Below, one piece after another: positions 27,332-38,956 of a stretch of 64,000 bases of DNA (the first letter of the stretch is position 1; the number at the start of each line of letters is the position of its first letter). The translations under genes and the position numbers were made by a program. The notes beneath the pieces were generated by a model. That model did no database searches, was not told the DNA's origin, and saw nothing but the letters and a program-made list of their open reading frames with translations. Origin of the DNA: Balanoglossus misakiensis (Eukaryota > Animalia > Hemichordata); contig CM082579.2 of NCBI GenBank assembly GCA_040954595.2, positions 14,360,550 to 14,424,549 of the forward strand, read 5' to 3'.

Positions 27332-30300
27332 TTACATGATATACAATTGCTTTCGCCAATGTTTGAAAAATATGCTGTCAGTCGCTCTGTCTGATGAACA
27401 GATCGCATCAAGTAAAACATTAGAAGAATTTTCGAGTCTACGCTTAATATGGGTCCCTGGGATCTTTTTGCTCGTTGCTATGGGCCTTTATAGGACATTA
27501 CACCCCGATTTGGACTAAGCCGTTTTCAGAGTCTAACAAGGGGCTGGTAACTAGTTGAAAATCTGCACGATTGTGAGCGCGCGCCCCCTGACGCCATTGA
27601 TATGAAAATTAGCTAGGTCAAATTTCAAAAGCCTAAGGCTTTTTATTCCGTGACCTCAAAAACGAACTTGATACGTATTCATTAGTTGCTTGAACCAGGG
27701 AATATCGTGACGGATTTTGTTTTCGAATATTATCGTTGTATCCTAAGATTTCAGCATACCCGTACCACACCTGAAAAAGTCATCGATTTTGGGTGTTTTT
27801 GGACGCACTCTTCCACCGGTATCGCTTCTTAGCACGACGAAAACCGAAAAAACGATCCGTCACACTGTGCGGAAGTGCGTTCTCAACAAGCAGGTCAAAT
27901 TTGACTGGCGTACGTGGCCTATGAAAAAAGCCTTAGGGATTTTCGTGAACGGTACAAAATCTCTGTGTACAAAACATTGGATTTTTAGCGTTCGATCCAG
28001 TTACTGTGGTTACAGGACGCGCACGCTATCGCTGACCGCTGCTTTGCCGTATTAGCGTGGCGGCCTATGGCCGGGTGGTAGCTGCCGTAAACATACTCGG
28101 ACAGGGGGTGTGCACATAATCGTGCAGATTTTCAACTAGTTACCAGCCCCTTGTTAGACTCTGAAAACGGCTTAGTCCAAATCGGGGTGTAATGTCCTAT
28201 AAAGGCCCACAGCAACGAGCAAAAAGATCCCAGGGACCCATCTTAAAACTGTACATATTGCGTCTAAAAACTTCACCAAGTGACAATACATGTACATGGT
28301 TTGTAGCAAACATACCCGATGCACAGCAAAATGGTGGAAGACCGAGAAATCTTCTGCAAACATTATTGTACATAGTTTTAAATTTTTTCATCGGTTTAAC
28401 TTTAAAGGATGCCCACAAACTGCAACAGTAAATATTACTACAATATGCCAAAAATAAAACTTTCTTCACATCTTGACTACAATGTTGAAAATGTCTCAAT
28501 AGCATGTTTGCTCTTACACAAAATGCTCTTCTCTGTCGTTCAATATCTTCATTATCACAACCATCACAAGATATAACATGGCCCAGATAGGTGTGTACAG
28601 GTACAAACTTTAAAGTGATGTCATTAAGTTTAACCGAAGGAATTCTTTGAACGCTCATATTCTTCCCATTAAAAAGCATGCACACAGTTTTACTAGAATT
28701 ATAAATGATATCATAATCCTTGCCATAAATTTCACAAATTCTAAGAAGACGGCGTAGACCCTTAATACTTGGACTGAGTAGAGTCATGTCGTCAGCGTAA
28801 CCTAAAGTGTTAGCGCTGACACCACACATGGTACAGCTAACTTTGGCTTTACAGAGTGCATTGATAATATCATCAATGTAGACATTAAAAAGATAGGGAG
28901 AGAGTACCCCCCCTTGTCTTACACCGTTAGAAACAGAAAACAACTCTGAGGTTTCATTACCCCACAACACAGTAAACAATTGATTTCTGTACCATTAATA
29001 TAAAATTCGTACAGCATACAAGGGAACATTCCTGTCGATGTGCTTGTTAATTATAACCAGTTTAAAGTGATTAACTCTGTCAAAAGCTTTTGAAGCATCC
29101 AGAAAACAAGTAAACACTGGTCTTCCATTGCTGGTGTAGTAGCTAATGATTTCTTTAAATGCAAATAAACACAGGTCAGTTGAATGTTCTCGCTTGAAAC
29201 CAAATTGTAAATAATGAGAGGTAAGAAACTCCTCACAACGAGAAAGTAAAATATGCTCAAAAACTTTAGAGAAAACAGTTGCTAGTGATATCGGCCGGTA
29301 GTTACTGGCATCACTACAAAGCTTAGTTTTATCCTTAATAATTGGAACTAAATTAACATTGATAGCCTCAGTTGGCAGGTAACCATGAACAATCATTGCA
29401 TTAATACAACAAGTCAAAAAGGGTAAAATAGAGGAGTCTGAGAATTTGAGGTGCTCAGCTAAAATATTGTCAATGCCAGCTGTCTTACCATCAGGTAACT
29501 TATGTATAGCAGAAATTACTTCGTCTTCAGAAACATACATATCAGAAGAAAATTTAACATACTTCATTTTCTCCTCGATGTCATTTCTACCAGTCTGAGC
29601 CTGGACAGAATTCAAAATATCACTGAAATGCTTGTGCCACATAATTGCAATTTCACTCTCACCAGTCGCTCCACCTACAGTGTCAGAAAGCGGCGTTTTT
29701 CTGCTAGTTTGCTTTCTGACTTCCTCCCAGAAGTCGTTCTGTTTGTGGCAGCGTAAATTATCAGCCATCTTGTCAGCCCTATTTTGATTCTCAATCTTTT
29801 TACAAGCACGTAAAGCATACTAAAAACGAGCTCTGGAAGATTTCATGGTTTCAAAAAGCGGGCCTTGTTTAGGTTAACCCACATTAACCCATAATAAAAA
29901 CATGGAACGGGCATAGTCGTGACTTTCTTTTACAAAATCGTTCCAGCCAGGCACAACATGAACTTTCTGGTGAAACTTACGTCTAATGGTATCTTTTGCA
30001 GCACAATTCAATGCGTCCACAATACTACTATAACAAGTATCAATTGCCTGTAAATGCGAAGGGTCTGTACAGTTCACATTAGTGCAGAATAACTCTTCGG
30101 ATAAATTAATCTTATCAATCTTGGCTTTGGTACAACCGGTGTAGGCGGATATATTCTGCTGTGACAATTGTTTCCAATCAACTCGAAAATTACATTGCTT
30201 GAAGGAACTACTGCTGAAGCTTTAATCAGCAGAAGTGTTGAAATGAACCTCTATTGAAACAGGAATATGGTCGGAGTCAACAACATTGCAAAGACTCGAA

Positions 30301-30353
30301 ATTGAAAGAACATTGCTATGAGAAATTTCAGTGGTAACACAGTAGTCAATCCA
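27332..30353 (-). pseudogene. LINE ORF2 (endonuclease/reverse transcriptase) pseudogene
   Basis: In-frame stops at ~30222, 29874, ~29820 and 28995, plus a MITE insertion at 27448-28242. ORF-track pieces 29874-30167, 28995-29768 and 28197-28979 are in one frame. Confidence 0.9.
27448..28242. mobile_element. Non-autonomous TIR DNA transposon (795 bp), TTAA TSD, Kolobok-like
   Basis: ~125-bp near-perfect TIRs (27448-27572 vs 28118-28242) with TTAA at 27444-47 and 28243-46. Excising the element plus one TTAA restores the LINE reading frame. The right end reads GA, a purine-purine terminus typical of Kolobok rather than the piggyBac CC. Confidence 0.9.
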
Positions 30354-30589
30354 AACTCAGCGTAATTCAATAAAACGCCCTAACACAGCCTGAACTCCGA
30401 TAATGTGTTGTCCCAAAATTCATTCCGTGGAAAATAATCACTGGTCTGTTTACGTATTTCAGCCGATTTTTCCAAGGACTACTGCAACCCGCCAGAAGTG
30501 AGTAGCCTGCTAATGAGATCTCCACAACATAACGTAATGACGGTCAAAGTCCGATGCCCCAGTGTCCGTCCTCAGCCCACCAAAAAAAG

Positions 30590-30957
30590 CGAAAAAATAT
30601 TACAAAAATCTTCTTCTCAAAATCGACGTGGCCTAGGACCTTGAAATTTGGCACAGGGGATTTTGGCCACATGGTCTACAAAAATCGCGAAAAGAATGTA
30701 CATGCCCCCATTAACGTGCAAATTAGGTCAATTTGAAAATTTCGCTCGATTATAGCAACAAAGTCACGTGACTAATTACAAATTCAAAGGGCTGGTGCAC
30801 CAGTACTATGGGCCCCAACCACCGTGCCAAATTTGGAAGGCGCACCTGCCGGAATTTCAGAGAAAAACGGGCGCAAAAAACGACTCAAGAAGAAAGAAGA
30901 CAAACTCCAGCAATAACAGAAGGGGACCAAGCGCCTGAGGGCTCTTGGTCCCCTAAA
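30590..30957 (-). mobile_element. Helentron/HINE-like element terminus with hairpin and core-repeat unit
   Basis: The - strand starts tttag, then a 15-bp stem hairpin (aggggaccaagcgcc-tgag-ggctcttggtcccct, 30921-30954, 1 mismatch), then a ttc-rich tract. The unit aaaaatcttcttctc...tgaaatttgg...tgcaaaattag (30604-30726) resembles the internal repeat of the HINE at 45 kb. Confidence 0.65.
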
Positions 30958-31697
30958 TATGGGACTAAACTTGACAGATACCCGGAATATTTTCCTATTC
31001 AGGATACCTGGTTGCATTTCCACCTAAAGGCGTCCTATTGGCGTGGAAATTGTATAACTTGAAATCGTTTGACTGGGTGATAGGTATTAATATCTTATGA
31101 TGTTATAAAACACTTGGCTCGCCGAAGGTATGGACCGATTATAGCGTCAGTCGTGTCATACAATCTATATGAACGTCATGGGTCAATAAACTTGATGGTC
31201 CAATAAAATTCAATGGTTAGTAAAACTATTGTGTCCAATGTCTGCAGAGTATACTGGCTGCAACATGTGTATGAGTCAGGATTAATGTCTGTAGCCATCA
31301 ACCCAAAAGGTGAACGTCCTATTCTCACTAACTTAAATAGGTTTTGCGACCTAGTTGAGTTATAAAAACCTTATGATAAAGTCGACACAATTTCAAGATG
31401 ACGATGTGCAAATGAGAGTTCATAAGCTAAAGTAAAGTTCAATGAATTCTATACAAAGTTCAAAAAAGATTGTTTACTAAAGGAAGACATGAAAAAACTG
31501 ATATCGTCTCTTCATATTCGTACATGTCCAACTGTTGTGATTTGACCCGTCCCCCCCCCCCCCCAGGACATGGTACATGAAGCTATTACTTAGTACACAC
31601 TTAAACAATTGGCATTTGAAGTGCCTTGCTTGACAGTGTTTAATGCGGTGGTCAGTCGCGTTTATCTCTCGCCACTTCATGCATCATGTCGCCTTAA

Positions 31698-31998
31698 AGG
31701 GGCAAACTCTCTCTCCCGTCGCCCTTTTCTATTAATAATGTTTGATACAAGACACCGTTTATATTAATGGGCATGTGTATATGTAGTGAATGAACGTTCA
31801 ACCACACACAACTTCCATCCTGCTTGTATGATATGAGAGTAAAAACTCGCCCAAAATGAATAAATGGTAGAGACCGATTTTTCAGTTTGGCGAGTTTTCG
31901 CTCTCGTGTCTACATGCGGGATGGAAGGTGTGTGCGGTTGAACGTTGCATCACTATATATCCACATTTACATTAACATAAACGGTGTTTTGTATTGTC
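31698..31998. mobile_element. Palindromic TTAA-AGGG MITE, copy 1 (right end eroded)
   Basis: Starts ttaa-aggggcaaactctctct... and has long internal inverted arms. Same family as 32788-33078 and the fragments at ~44516-44583 and ~47667-47735. Confidence 0.8.
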
Positions 31999-32120
31999 AT
32001 TTCTTTTAATCGTGGATTTTCGTTTCTGATTTGTATGTATAATGAAAATCCATTTTGGGTCACTGCACTTGTTTTCGACTTTAAACAAGGCCGTGAATTT
32101 AGTCGATAATTGAAGAAAAC
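31995..32120. repeat. Interspersed repeat fragment, related to ~48861-49025
   Basis: gtcatttcttttaat...tgtatgtataatgaaaat...gggtcac...tgaatttagtcgataattgaa occurs at both loci. The 48.9-kb copy begins ttaaggatgtac. Confidence 0.6.
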
Positions 32121-32787
32121 TGCTGACGGTCAGCATTTTCTACCAATGGTTTGCCTATGGATACAATATTGAACAAAGTTTATCTCAAAATAGACCGTGG
32201 TGAATTTATTTTGATTTGTCGGAGCTATGTGTAAAATTTCCTGAAAATGACAATAATAGAAGGGAGTTTTCTAACTATTCTCCATGTACTCCTATGGGAA
32301 GAGACACAGGCGCACTGTTTACCAGTTGACGTTCTGCGCGTACATCATTGAGTGTACTGGCAGCTAACTTATTGTTTATTTGTAACAGCAATTGGATCTT
32401 GGAGCACTGTTTGGAACACCCTTTGTGAAATATGAATGTCCAGAAGGTAAGTTGAATTGACCCTAGCCCTTTCACCAACATGGTTCAGTCAAAACCAATT
32501 GTTTTCTATGGTAATGTTGGACCTCTAAAGAGGAAACGGGGGGGGGGGGGTGATGAAAGGTTTAAGACTTACAGATCACAACTTAAATAGCCATTCAGAA
32601 AGAGGCTTAGAGTGGAGTATCAAATCGGACGATACCACTGACTGGTGGAGGAAGACAAAATAAGCAAACTGAGTAGATGAGTGCTCAGATTTCTTCAGAG
32701 GACCAAACGTTTCAAAGAATTATACGTGACAATCCATGCCTGGTCCGTCAGTAGATATAAACAGAACATTGTGGCTGTATTCATTAA

Positions 32788-33078
32788 AGGGACAAAGTCT
32801 CTCTCTCGCTGCCCTTTTTCCATTAATTATGTTTGATACAAGACTGCGTTTATATTATTCTACATGTGGATATAGTGAATCAACGTTCAACCATACACAC
32901 CTTCCACTCCGCTTGTATAGACACGAGAGTTTTAAAAAGTCGCCAAAATGAATAAACGGTCTCTACCATTTATTCATTTCGGGCGGGTTTTTACTCTCGT
33001 ATCATACAAGCGGGATGGAAGTTGTGTGTGGTTGAACGTTCATTCACTAACATAAACGGTGTCTTGTATCATGTCCCT
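32788..33078. mobile_element. Palindromic TTAA-flanked MITE (Kolobok-like), copy 2, intact
   Basis: ttaa|agggaca...tgtccct|ttaa (TTAA at 32784-87 and 33079-82), with internal inverted arms gatacaagac...gttcaacc / ggttgaac...gtcttgtatc. Confidence 0.85.
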
Positions 33079-33427
33079 TTAACACTTTTGAAGCATTTTA
33101 CTAATGCTAACATGACTAGACCAATTGAATGATGTTACATTGCAGGTTATCAACTCAGAGGGGCGTCTTGTTATAAAGCGGTACCTGACAAACAATCAGC
33201 TGGCAACGCTGAAAATACCTGTCAGTCGTAAGTATGAAAGTATACATCATTTGAGTAGAATTTTATGGGAGATCTTAACAAGGCTTGGACATGTCACGCA
33301 CAAATACAAAGGGCGCGTATAAAGACAGACAAAACCTCGCTTAGTGTGAGGTGTTCAGCGATTGCATCTGATAAGTCGAAAATGCTTGATCACGTGTCAT
33401 GTTCAGTTGGGAAATTGGATATGTCTC

Positions 33428-33688
33428 AGGCCAAAAAAACTAATATGTGCTATTCCGATTACATGGTTTTCAAAAATAGGGTAGGTAGAAAGGGACATTT
33501 TTTTATTTTTCAATTTTTTTATATCTTTGGCCGTCGTAGTGTAGAAGAATGACATCATAGTTCTTGCGTGATTCTCGCAATTTTCATGAATTGTTGTATA
33601 TTTGACATCGTTATTTTTACTTCCGGTTTACGAAGATCTAAACTGTTTTGGGTCGGCGGGCTAAAATTAGGGTAGTTCGGGTAATCGT
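33428..33688. mobile_element. Probable truncated MITE (aggccaaaaaaa...cgattac / gtaatcg; tagggtagg motifs)
   Basis: Inverted cgattac/gtaatcg and repeated tagggtag motifs. The right terminus is missing. Confidence 0.4.
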
Positions 33689-33775
33689 TATGACATTGGG
33701 AGCTACGGCTGCAAAGCCATGTGTCTCGTGCGAAAAGGGCCAGACAGAGCAACATTCATCAGTAGAGACACTCAT

Positions 33776-33935
33776 CGGTCGCTCGCTCGCTCGCTCGCTC
33801 ACTCTCTCTCTCAGAGAGAGGGGGCAGACAGTCAGACAGACCGACGTTGACAGACAGTCAGTAAGTCAGTCAGCCAGTTAATCAGTCAGTCAGACGTCAA
33901 AGACACAGTGACACAAACACAGCGAGGGAGACAAC
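33776..33935. repeat. Compound microsatellite (tcgc)n(tc)n(ag)n(caga/cagt)n
   Basis: Directly visible low-complexity tetra- and dinucleotide tracts. Confidence 0.8.
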
Positions 33936-36443
33936 AGGACCTTTCATGCTTAAACCCCTGTTCTTCTGTTATAAACTTTGAAAACCGTTCGTTTTCAGAC
34001 TGCAGATTGCTCGAATAACGCGACACACTGCCGAAACAATAAAACAAATACTAGTGGGAGCTCATAAAATAAAATCGCTCAACCATTCCGTCGTCCTGAG
34101 TGACCTCAGCCACATTAATTCCGACGTCTTTTTAGGGTCATGAAAAAAGTCACAAATAAGGTATTTCCCCTAGGTCCACCTGAAGCAAAAAGTTTTCGTT
34201 TCGACTCCATCATTCCGAATAATAAGAAAGCAACAAAATTGAAAAGACAGATGTAAAATGCACTCTCTCTCACGTGGTAACGTTTGTAACTATGGCAATC
34301 ACGGTACGTGTTCAGTACACAGACAGGGAGAAAAGTTTCTCCATGCAATACATGTGTTCAGTAAGGTTTGACCTTGGTTTTACATTGTACCATGATCGCC
34401 GCTTTCTAAGCATGGATGAACGACGGCGGTCAGACCCAATCGAACCCTTTCATGTCAGATGACCACGGTATCTCCACTGTGAGATGACATTTGACAAACC
34501 ATTTGATTTCAACAAAATCTTCGCGTCGTCAACGCGTCGCATACCAGTCGCATGTCGGTATTTACCCAATCATAAAAGTTGGAAATTCGGGAGACTCGAT
34601 CTGCAACCAAGTTGAGAGTAAATTTTGACGTTTGACTATTGGCAAGTAAACAGGTTACACAATGACTTGTCGGTTTTTCCTCCGTCATGGTCGTTCTCGA
34701 CCCAAGTCCCCCCTCCCAATGTCCTTCCTTGACATTTAGACACACCTTGCGGTATGACCTTGGTGGTCATGTGCAATTAGTTTTCTTGTATAAGACGCTT
34801 TTCATGCCGGGGTAGACGACTTGTGCGTGGATCATCAACATTTCAGTGATATTTCAACGCAAAGTTTTAGCAATATTAAGAAAACAGGTAGTGAGGTGTC
34901 AAATGCATATCAATGTACGAAAATTAGGTCAAGCCACCCGACAGCAACCGCTTTCACACAGTGTCGGACGTTGCACGGAATGTGAAACGTTACACTGCTT
35001 CGGCCGTTCACATGCGTGGGTTTGATTGATGGTCAAACGCCCCCACTTACTTTGGGCGTTTTCAATGGTAAATGTGTCGTATTGATCAAAACCTTGCCGT
35101 AAACACATTTTTTTTGCTGAATCAACATTCAGAGTTCAGCCGTCTAGTTAACGAAGTATTGAAGTAAGCCACTTGTTCATCATTTTTTGTCTGTCAAACG
35201 TGTTTATTCGGACAGGGACCGGCCGCCAATGAGGGGTTTAGGGAGCCCACACGTACACTCTGGTACCTGGACAATTAACATAGACATGTCGTGTGTACCG
35301 TCCGGTTCGAAAAGATTGGTTTAAGGTAGTCCTGGTAACAGTCATCCTAACGAGGCCAGGGGAGGTCTCCAAGGGCGAAATAAACATAGCTACCGATGAC
35401 GAGTCGAATTCGAATCGGACGATGCTTGTTCATAAAAGGCACAGACATAAAGCTTCGAAGTTTTTTGTCTGTGTAGTAAAGATACGACTAATCAGCCTAT
35501 AGTGTAACCGTAGACCCTGGAGAAATACCAGAGCACAGCACAATGCAGCAAATGGAGTGAAACAAGAACAAAGCTTAGTATCTGCCGCAAACAACGCTAA
35601 ATCACACATTGACACTCCAAATAGAAGCAAGACAGCCGGGGGGGGGAGGCACAGTTGTAGATCGCGGTTTTGACCCGCCCCTTCCACATCCTGTAGATGT
35701 TTGTGCGTCCAAGGCATTTTTGATAAAATATAGACTTTTGTTTTTAGCTCGAGTGTGGCCTAAGTATATCACCGTTCCCACGAAAAATGTCTGTCTTTTT
35801 CAAAACGTTGTATTATACTTCTGTGTTATTTGAACTCTAATACAAGTGACAGTATTAGAGGACAGATTTGGCACAGACAAAATTCGTATTAACAAACCAC
35901 AGAGAAAACGTCAAAATGGAGCGATTTATAAAATGATCAATTCCACGAGTTTGCAAATTAAAGTTAAAGAGATACAGTTTCATTGGGTGGATCACTATCC
36001 TAGAGCGTCTGGAAGCATGGGTGGATTTTTACCTGGTGTTTGTTTACCTGGTAAAAATAGGCTATTGTTCTCCCCTGCTTTTCATAGCGGATTTTTTAAC
36101 ACGTCTCCTCGAGATCAAACATTAATGAGCGATTAAAAGCGCTTCGTATACTTTTTGTGGGTCGAGTTGTGTTTTTCGTTTTATTTGGTCATTAATTCGA
36201 TCAGAATGGATTGTTTATTGTTGTATTGTTAAAAGCTTGGATTTTATGTTTCAGTTGTGCAGAGTGCTTAAGTATGCTCGACTTGCGTGGCAATTCTGCA
36301 TATTTGGAGCATTCTTTGGAATTTAATTGATTTGGACATGAGTTTGTTGTTTGGTTGGTCATGGAACAACACGTGACATTGTCTGCATGACATTCTTTAG
36401 GGTGTTCCAATTCTGTAAATGACATGAGGTGGTTACATAGGAC

Positions 36444-36576
36444 CATATATGGCTGAGATGAGAACATATGGCGGCGCTCTTTTTTCGCGTGTGCCACCCA
36501 CTAAAAATCTGTGATTGGCTACATCTCAATTTGCCATGGTAACTATAGCTAATTTTCCATAGGTGACCGTATACCT
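36444..36576 (-). mobile_element. Partial TTAA MITE, inverted relative of 50687-50871
   Basis: The reverse complement matches aggtata.g.tcacc.atggaaaattagctata...gttaccatgg.aaattga.at.tagccaatcacagatttt; TTAA at 36577-80. Confidence 0.75.
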
Positions 36577-37574
36577 TTAATTGCCTGTTGGTACTAAACA
36601 GCACTCTCCCCGAGTCTAGTGAAACATCATTTTGGGGGATCTGGATTTCGTGTTCATTATTGCGTGACTGATACGGCGGGTATCGATTGGAATAGGCCCT
36701 ATCGTTAAAATAGAAGTTCATTCTTGTCGGGCGACCCAGGAAGGCATAAGCTTGACGTGCCTAAAGTTTGTCGGACATTGTTCGACCATCACGGCTGCAA
36801 ATTGGTTTAAGTTCGACCCTGGGCCCGGTGTAGCCTGCTCCAATAGAAATGGAGAAATTAAGTATAAGGCAACAACCCGAATGTGCCACTTTTTCACTCA
36901 CAGCATCCCTATAAAACCACAGTAAGTGATAAAACAAAAGGTTAGGTCGACTTTTCATGTTCTTATGCGCATGAAAAGAAAAGAATGAGACAGGGTCAAT
37001 GAAGTCTAGTATCGTGTCTTCGTGCACACGAAGACGCCCGAGCCGTTCATCATCATGGTATTCCTCGTGGAATCTCTTGGCAAGTGCATGGCGTGTACCG
37101 AGTCAGAACATGTAAATACTGACTTCTGCCATAGACGTACCAGGTGCTTCGACGAGTTGGCCTTCGGCATTGTGGTTTTTTGGCTTTTCTAGTGAAGCCG
37201 AAGGCCAAAACCAAGGACCGTGACTAAACTGAAAAGCCCCCACCCCCCCCCCCCCATCTCCCCCCCGCCCTCACCAGTTTTTGTAGTAGATATGTTCTTC
37301 ATGCCTACCCCAATTCTACCGCTGGCTGCGCTGTCACAGTGACCTCAAGCCAGGTCAAATTTGAGCTAAAAGACCAGTTCCGTCTACATACTCATGAATA
37401 TTTCTTGGTTTCTTCGCGTATAAACTCAGGAATACTATGCCCCTGAAGCCTCGGCTGGCTTTGATGCACGTTATCATGTTTTAATTAGTCAAAGACCCAC
37501 GGTAGCAAAGTAGGTAATTGTCTTTTTTTCACGCGTATCCTTTGGTCATATATTCTGCCTGCAGCCCCCAGCCC

Positions 37575-37890
37575 TTGCTGCAGTTTGCAGCCCCTCCATC
37601 TCCCCTGAACGAGTTTTGGTTTTGCCGATTGAAGTTGAATAACTGGGGAAAACGTAGGCAAAATCGACAAATACCGCGACATCCTTTGCCAGGTAAGCGC
37701 TGTATGGGTTCCGGGACCGATTTGGCGAAAAAATTGTGGAAAATTGTGGACTGGAGACGTCTGGAGTGTAGAAATTCGCTCCGGGCCCAAATCCCGGTCG
37801 CTCGTTGTGCGGTTTAGAATAGCTTGGACCTGCAGCCCCGCAAAAACAAAAATCGTCCAGGGGAGATGGAGGGGCTGCAAACTGCAGCAA
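37575..37890. mobile_element. Non-autonomous TIR element (316 bp) with 10-bp TSD, Mutator/MULE-like
   Basis: ~50-bp TIRs ttgctgcagtttgcagcccctccatctcccctg... at both ends. The perfect direct repeat cccccagccc lies at 37565-37574 and 37891-37900. Confidence 0.85.
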
Positions 37891-38624
37891 CCCCCAGCCC
37901 CACATTCGCTGATATAATTGTCACGTACCTCGATAGTTATTATAATTTTTAGTTAGAGACGGCCTTGTAGACTCGGAATTGTAGACTAGCGACGGCTCAG
38001 CTGGCATATCGTACCACTTTTTCTGTTACATTGCCGACCGGCCCGGCGCAACTACCGAGGAAAGATACGGGTGTGCTCGTGGGAATTGTCAACTACCCGT
38101 TCATCGTTCGACTGCTCAACACAGATCATTGATAACACAATGTCACATTTCGAACTAATTTTGAAATTCTGGATAAATTCTCCAAATATCCTGTTAATCT
38201 GGGATTTTCTTCCATCACCTTGATGCAACTGTATCAGAATTTGTCTTTTAAGTTTATTCACACCAAAAAAAAACAACAACAGCCATTTCCTGGAAATTGT
38301 CATGTTTTCTCTAAAAGAAATAAGCTGAACTTTTTTATTCAAAGGAAACGTTCAGCAATTTTTTTTCTCCCCAAAATTCAGGTGAATTTTTCACAGATTC
38401 TTTTTTCCCAGAAATTCTGCCGAAATCTACACTAATCACACACTTATTGGAAAGGTGTAACACAAAATATAGACTTTACAAACAAAAATCTAATGTTATA
38501 CATTTATGAACCTCTTATTCACCAATATTAAATGTTTTCAAAGAGGAAATGTATTATTCACGGACTGGAATTTCGAAATTAGTTTGGAACATGTTTGATG
38601 TGTTATAAATTGGTTTATTTTCAG

Positions 38625-38743
38625 ATTTTATGGTGGGCACTTGACAGTAATTGAGGGTTATTCTGAAAATCGTTATGCTGGAGCAGAGATTGTAAACCAG
38701 ATTGAAGAGACTTCCAATGAAACAGCGAACCATGGTTGGATTG
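38625..38743 (+). CDS. Exon: C-type lectin domain, middle part
   Basis: ttttcag|A TTT TAT GGT... encodes FYGGHLTVIEGYSENRYAGAEIVNQIEETSNETANHGWIG|gtgagt (L..I....EN and WIG motifs). Confidence 0.8.
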
Positions 38744-38956
38744 GTGAGTGTGTCTTTTAACAGTGTTTGTCAGTGTTCCCAAATAATTTGTGGGTGTATC
38801 AAGTGTAAAAAATAACTGGTTTTGGAATTTGACAGTTTACAAGTAAGCACTGCATAGTAACACTTGAATGATAATTGTCTCAAGATGGTTATTGAAAAGC
38901 CTATTTTTTACATCTCAATAACCTCACAAAATCTTGCTATTAAGTGACTCTGTATG

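Larger units (their letters stand above)
27221..30354 (-). mobile_element. 5'-truncated, inactivated non-LTR retrotransposon (APE + RT ORF2; RTEX- or CR1-group-like, clade uncertain)
   Basis: The - strand encodes the APE end (WIDYCVT...SDHIPV at ~30353-30260) and RT motifs NYRPISL, QFGFK, FLDASKAFDRVNH, GVRQGGVLSPYLF, YADD and YLG. The C-terminus ...YSFK|RRLENSSNVLLDAI...KHWRKQLYIM* ends at 27332. The 3'UTR has gtctgaAATAAA followed by a degenerate (tta)n tail. No clear TSD. Confidence 0.93.
27007..30570. repeat. Pair of diverged ~245-bp direct repeat units (~27007-27180 and ~30387-30570) separated by the LINE insertion
   Basis: aatcactggtctg.t.acgtatttcag...tgctaatga.a.ctcc(c)acaacat...gtcaaag.cc occurs at ~27056 and ~30437. 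Removing the LINE (~27221-30354) makes the two copies adjacent with ~245-bp spacing. Confidence 0.7.

Noticed and set aside
28197-28242. RT ORF C-terminus MGPWDLFARCCGPL and ORFs 27336-27518 / 28172-28363 sharing WVPGIFLLVA
   Set aside because: These are read-through into the MITE TIRs. The true LINE C-terminus lies at 27332-27447.
27205-30375. Target-site duplication for the LINE
   Set aside because: Only weak cagctaac/cagcgtaat similarity, which is not convincing.
36200-36330. Hydrophobic stretch (NGLFIVVLLKAWILCFSCAEC) as the signal-peptide exon of the uif-like gene
   Set aside because: No in-frame ATG (a stop lies just upstream) and no convincing splice support.
37485-37905. Overlapping 99-131 aa ORFs
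   Set aside because: They lie within a GC-rich MITE, and the shared peptides derive from its TIRs.
36770-38060. tRNA or SINE-like A/B-box fragments (gttcgaccc at ~36812; ggctcagctgg at ~37994)
   Set aside because: The boxes are not paired at a proper spacing and no cloverleaf can be formed.
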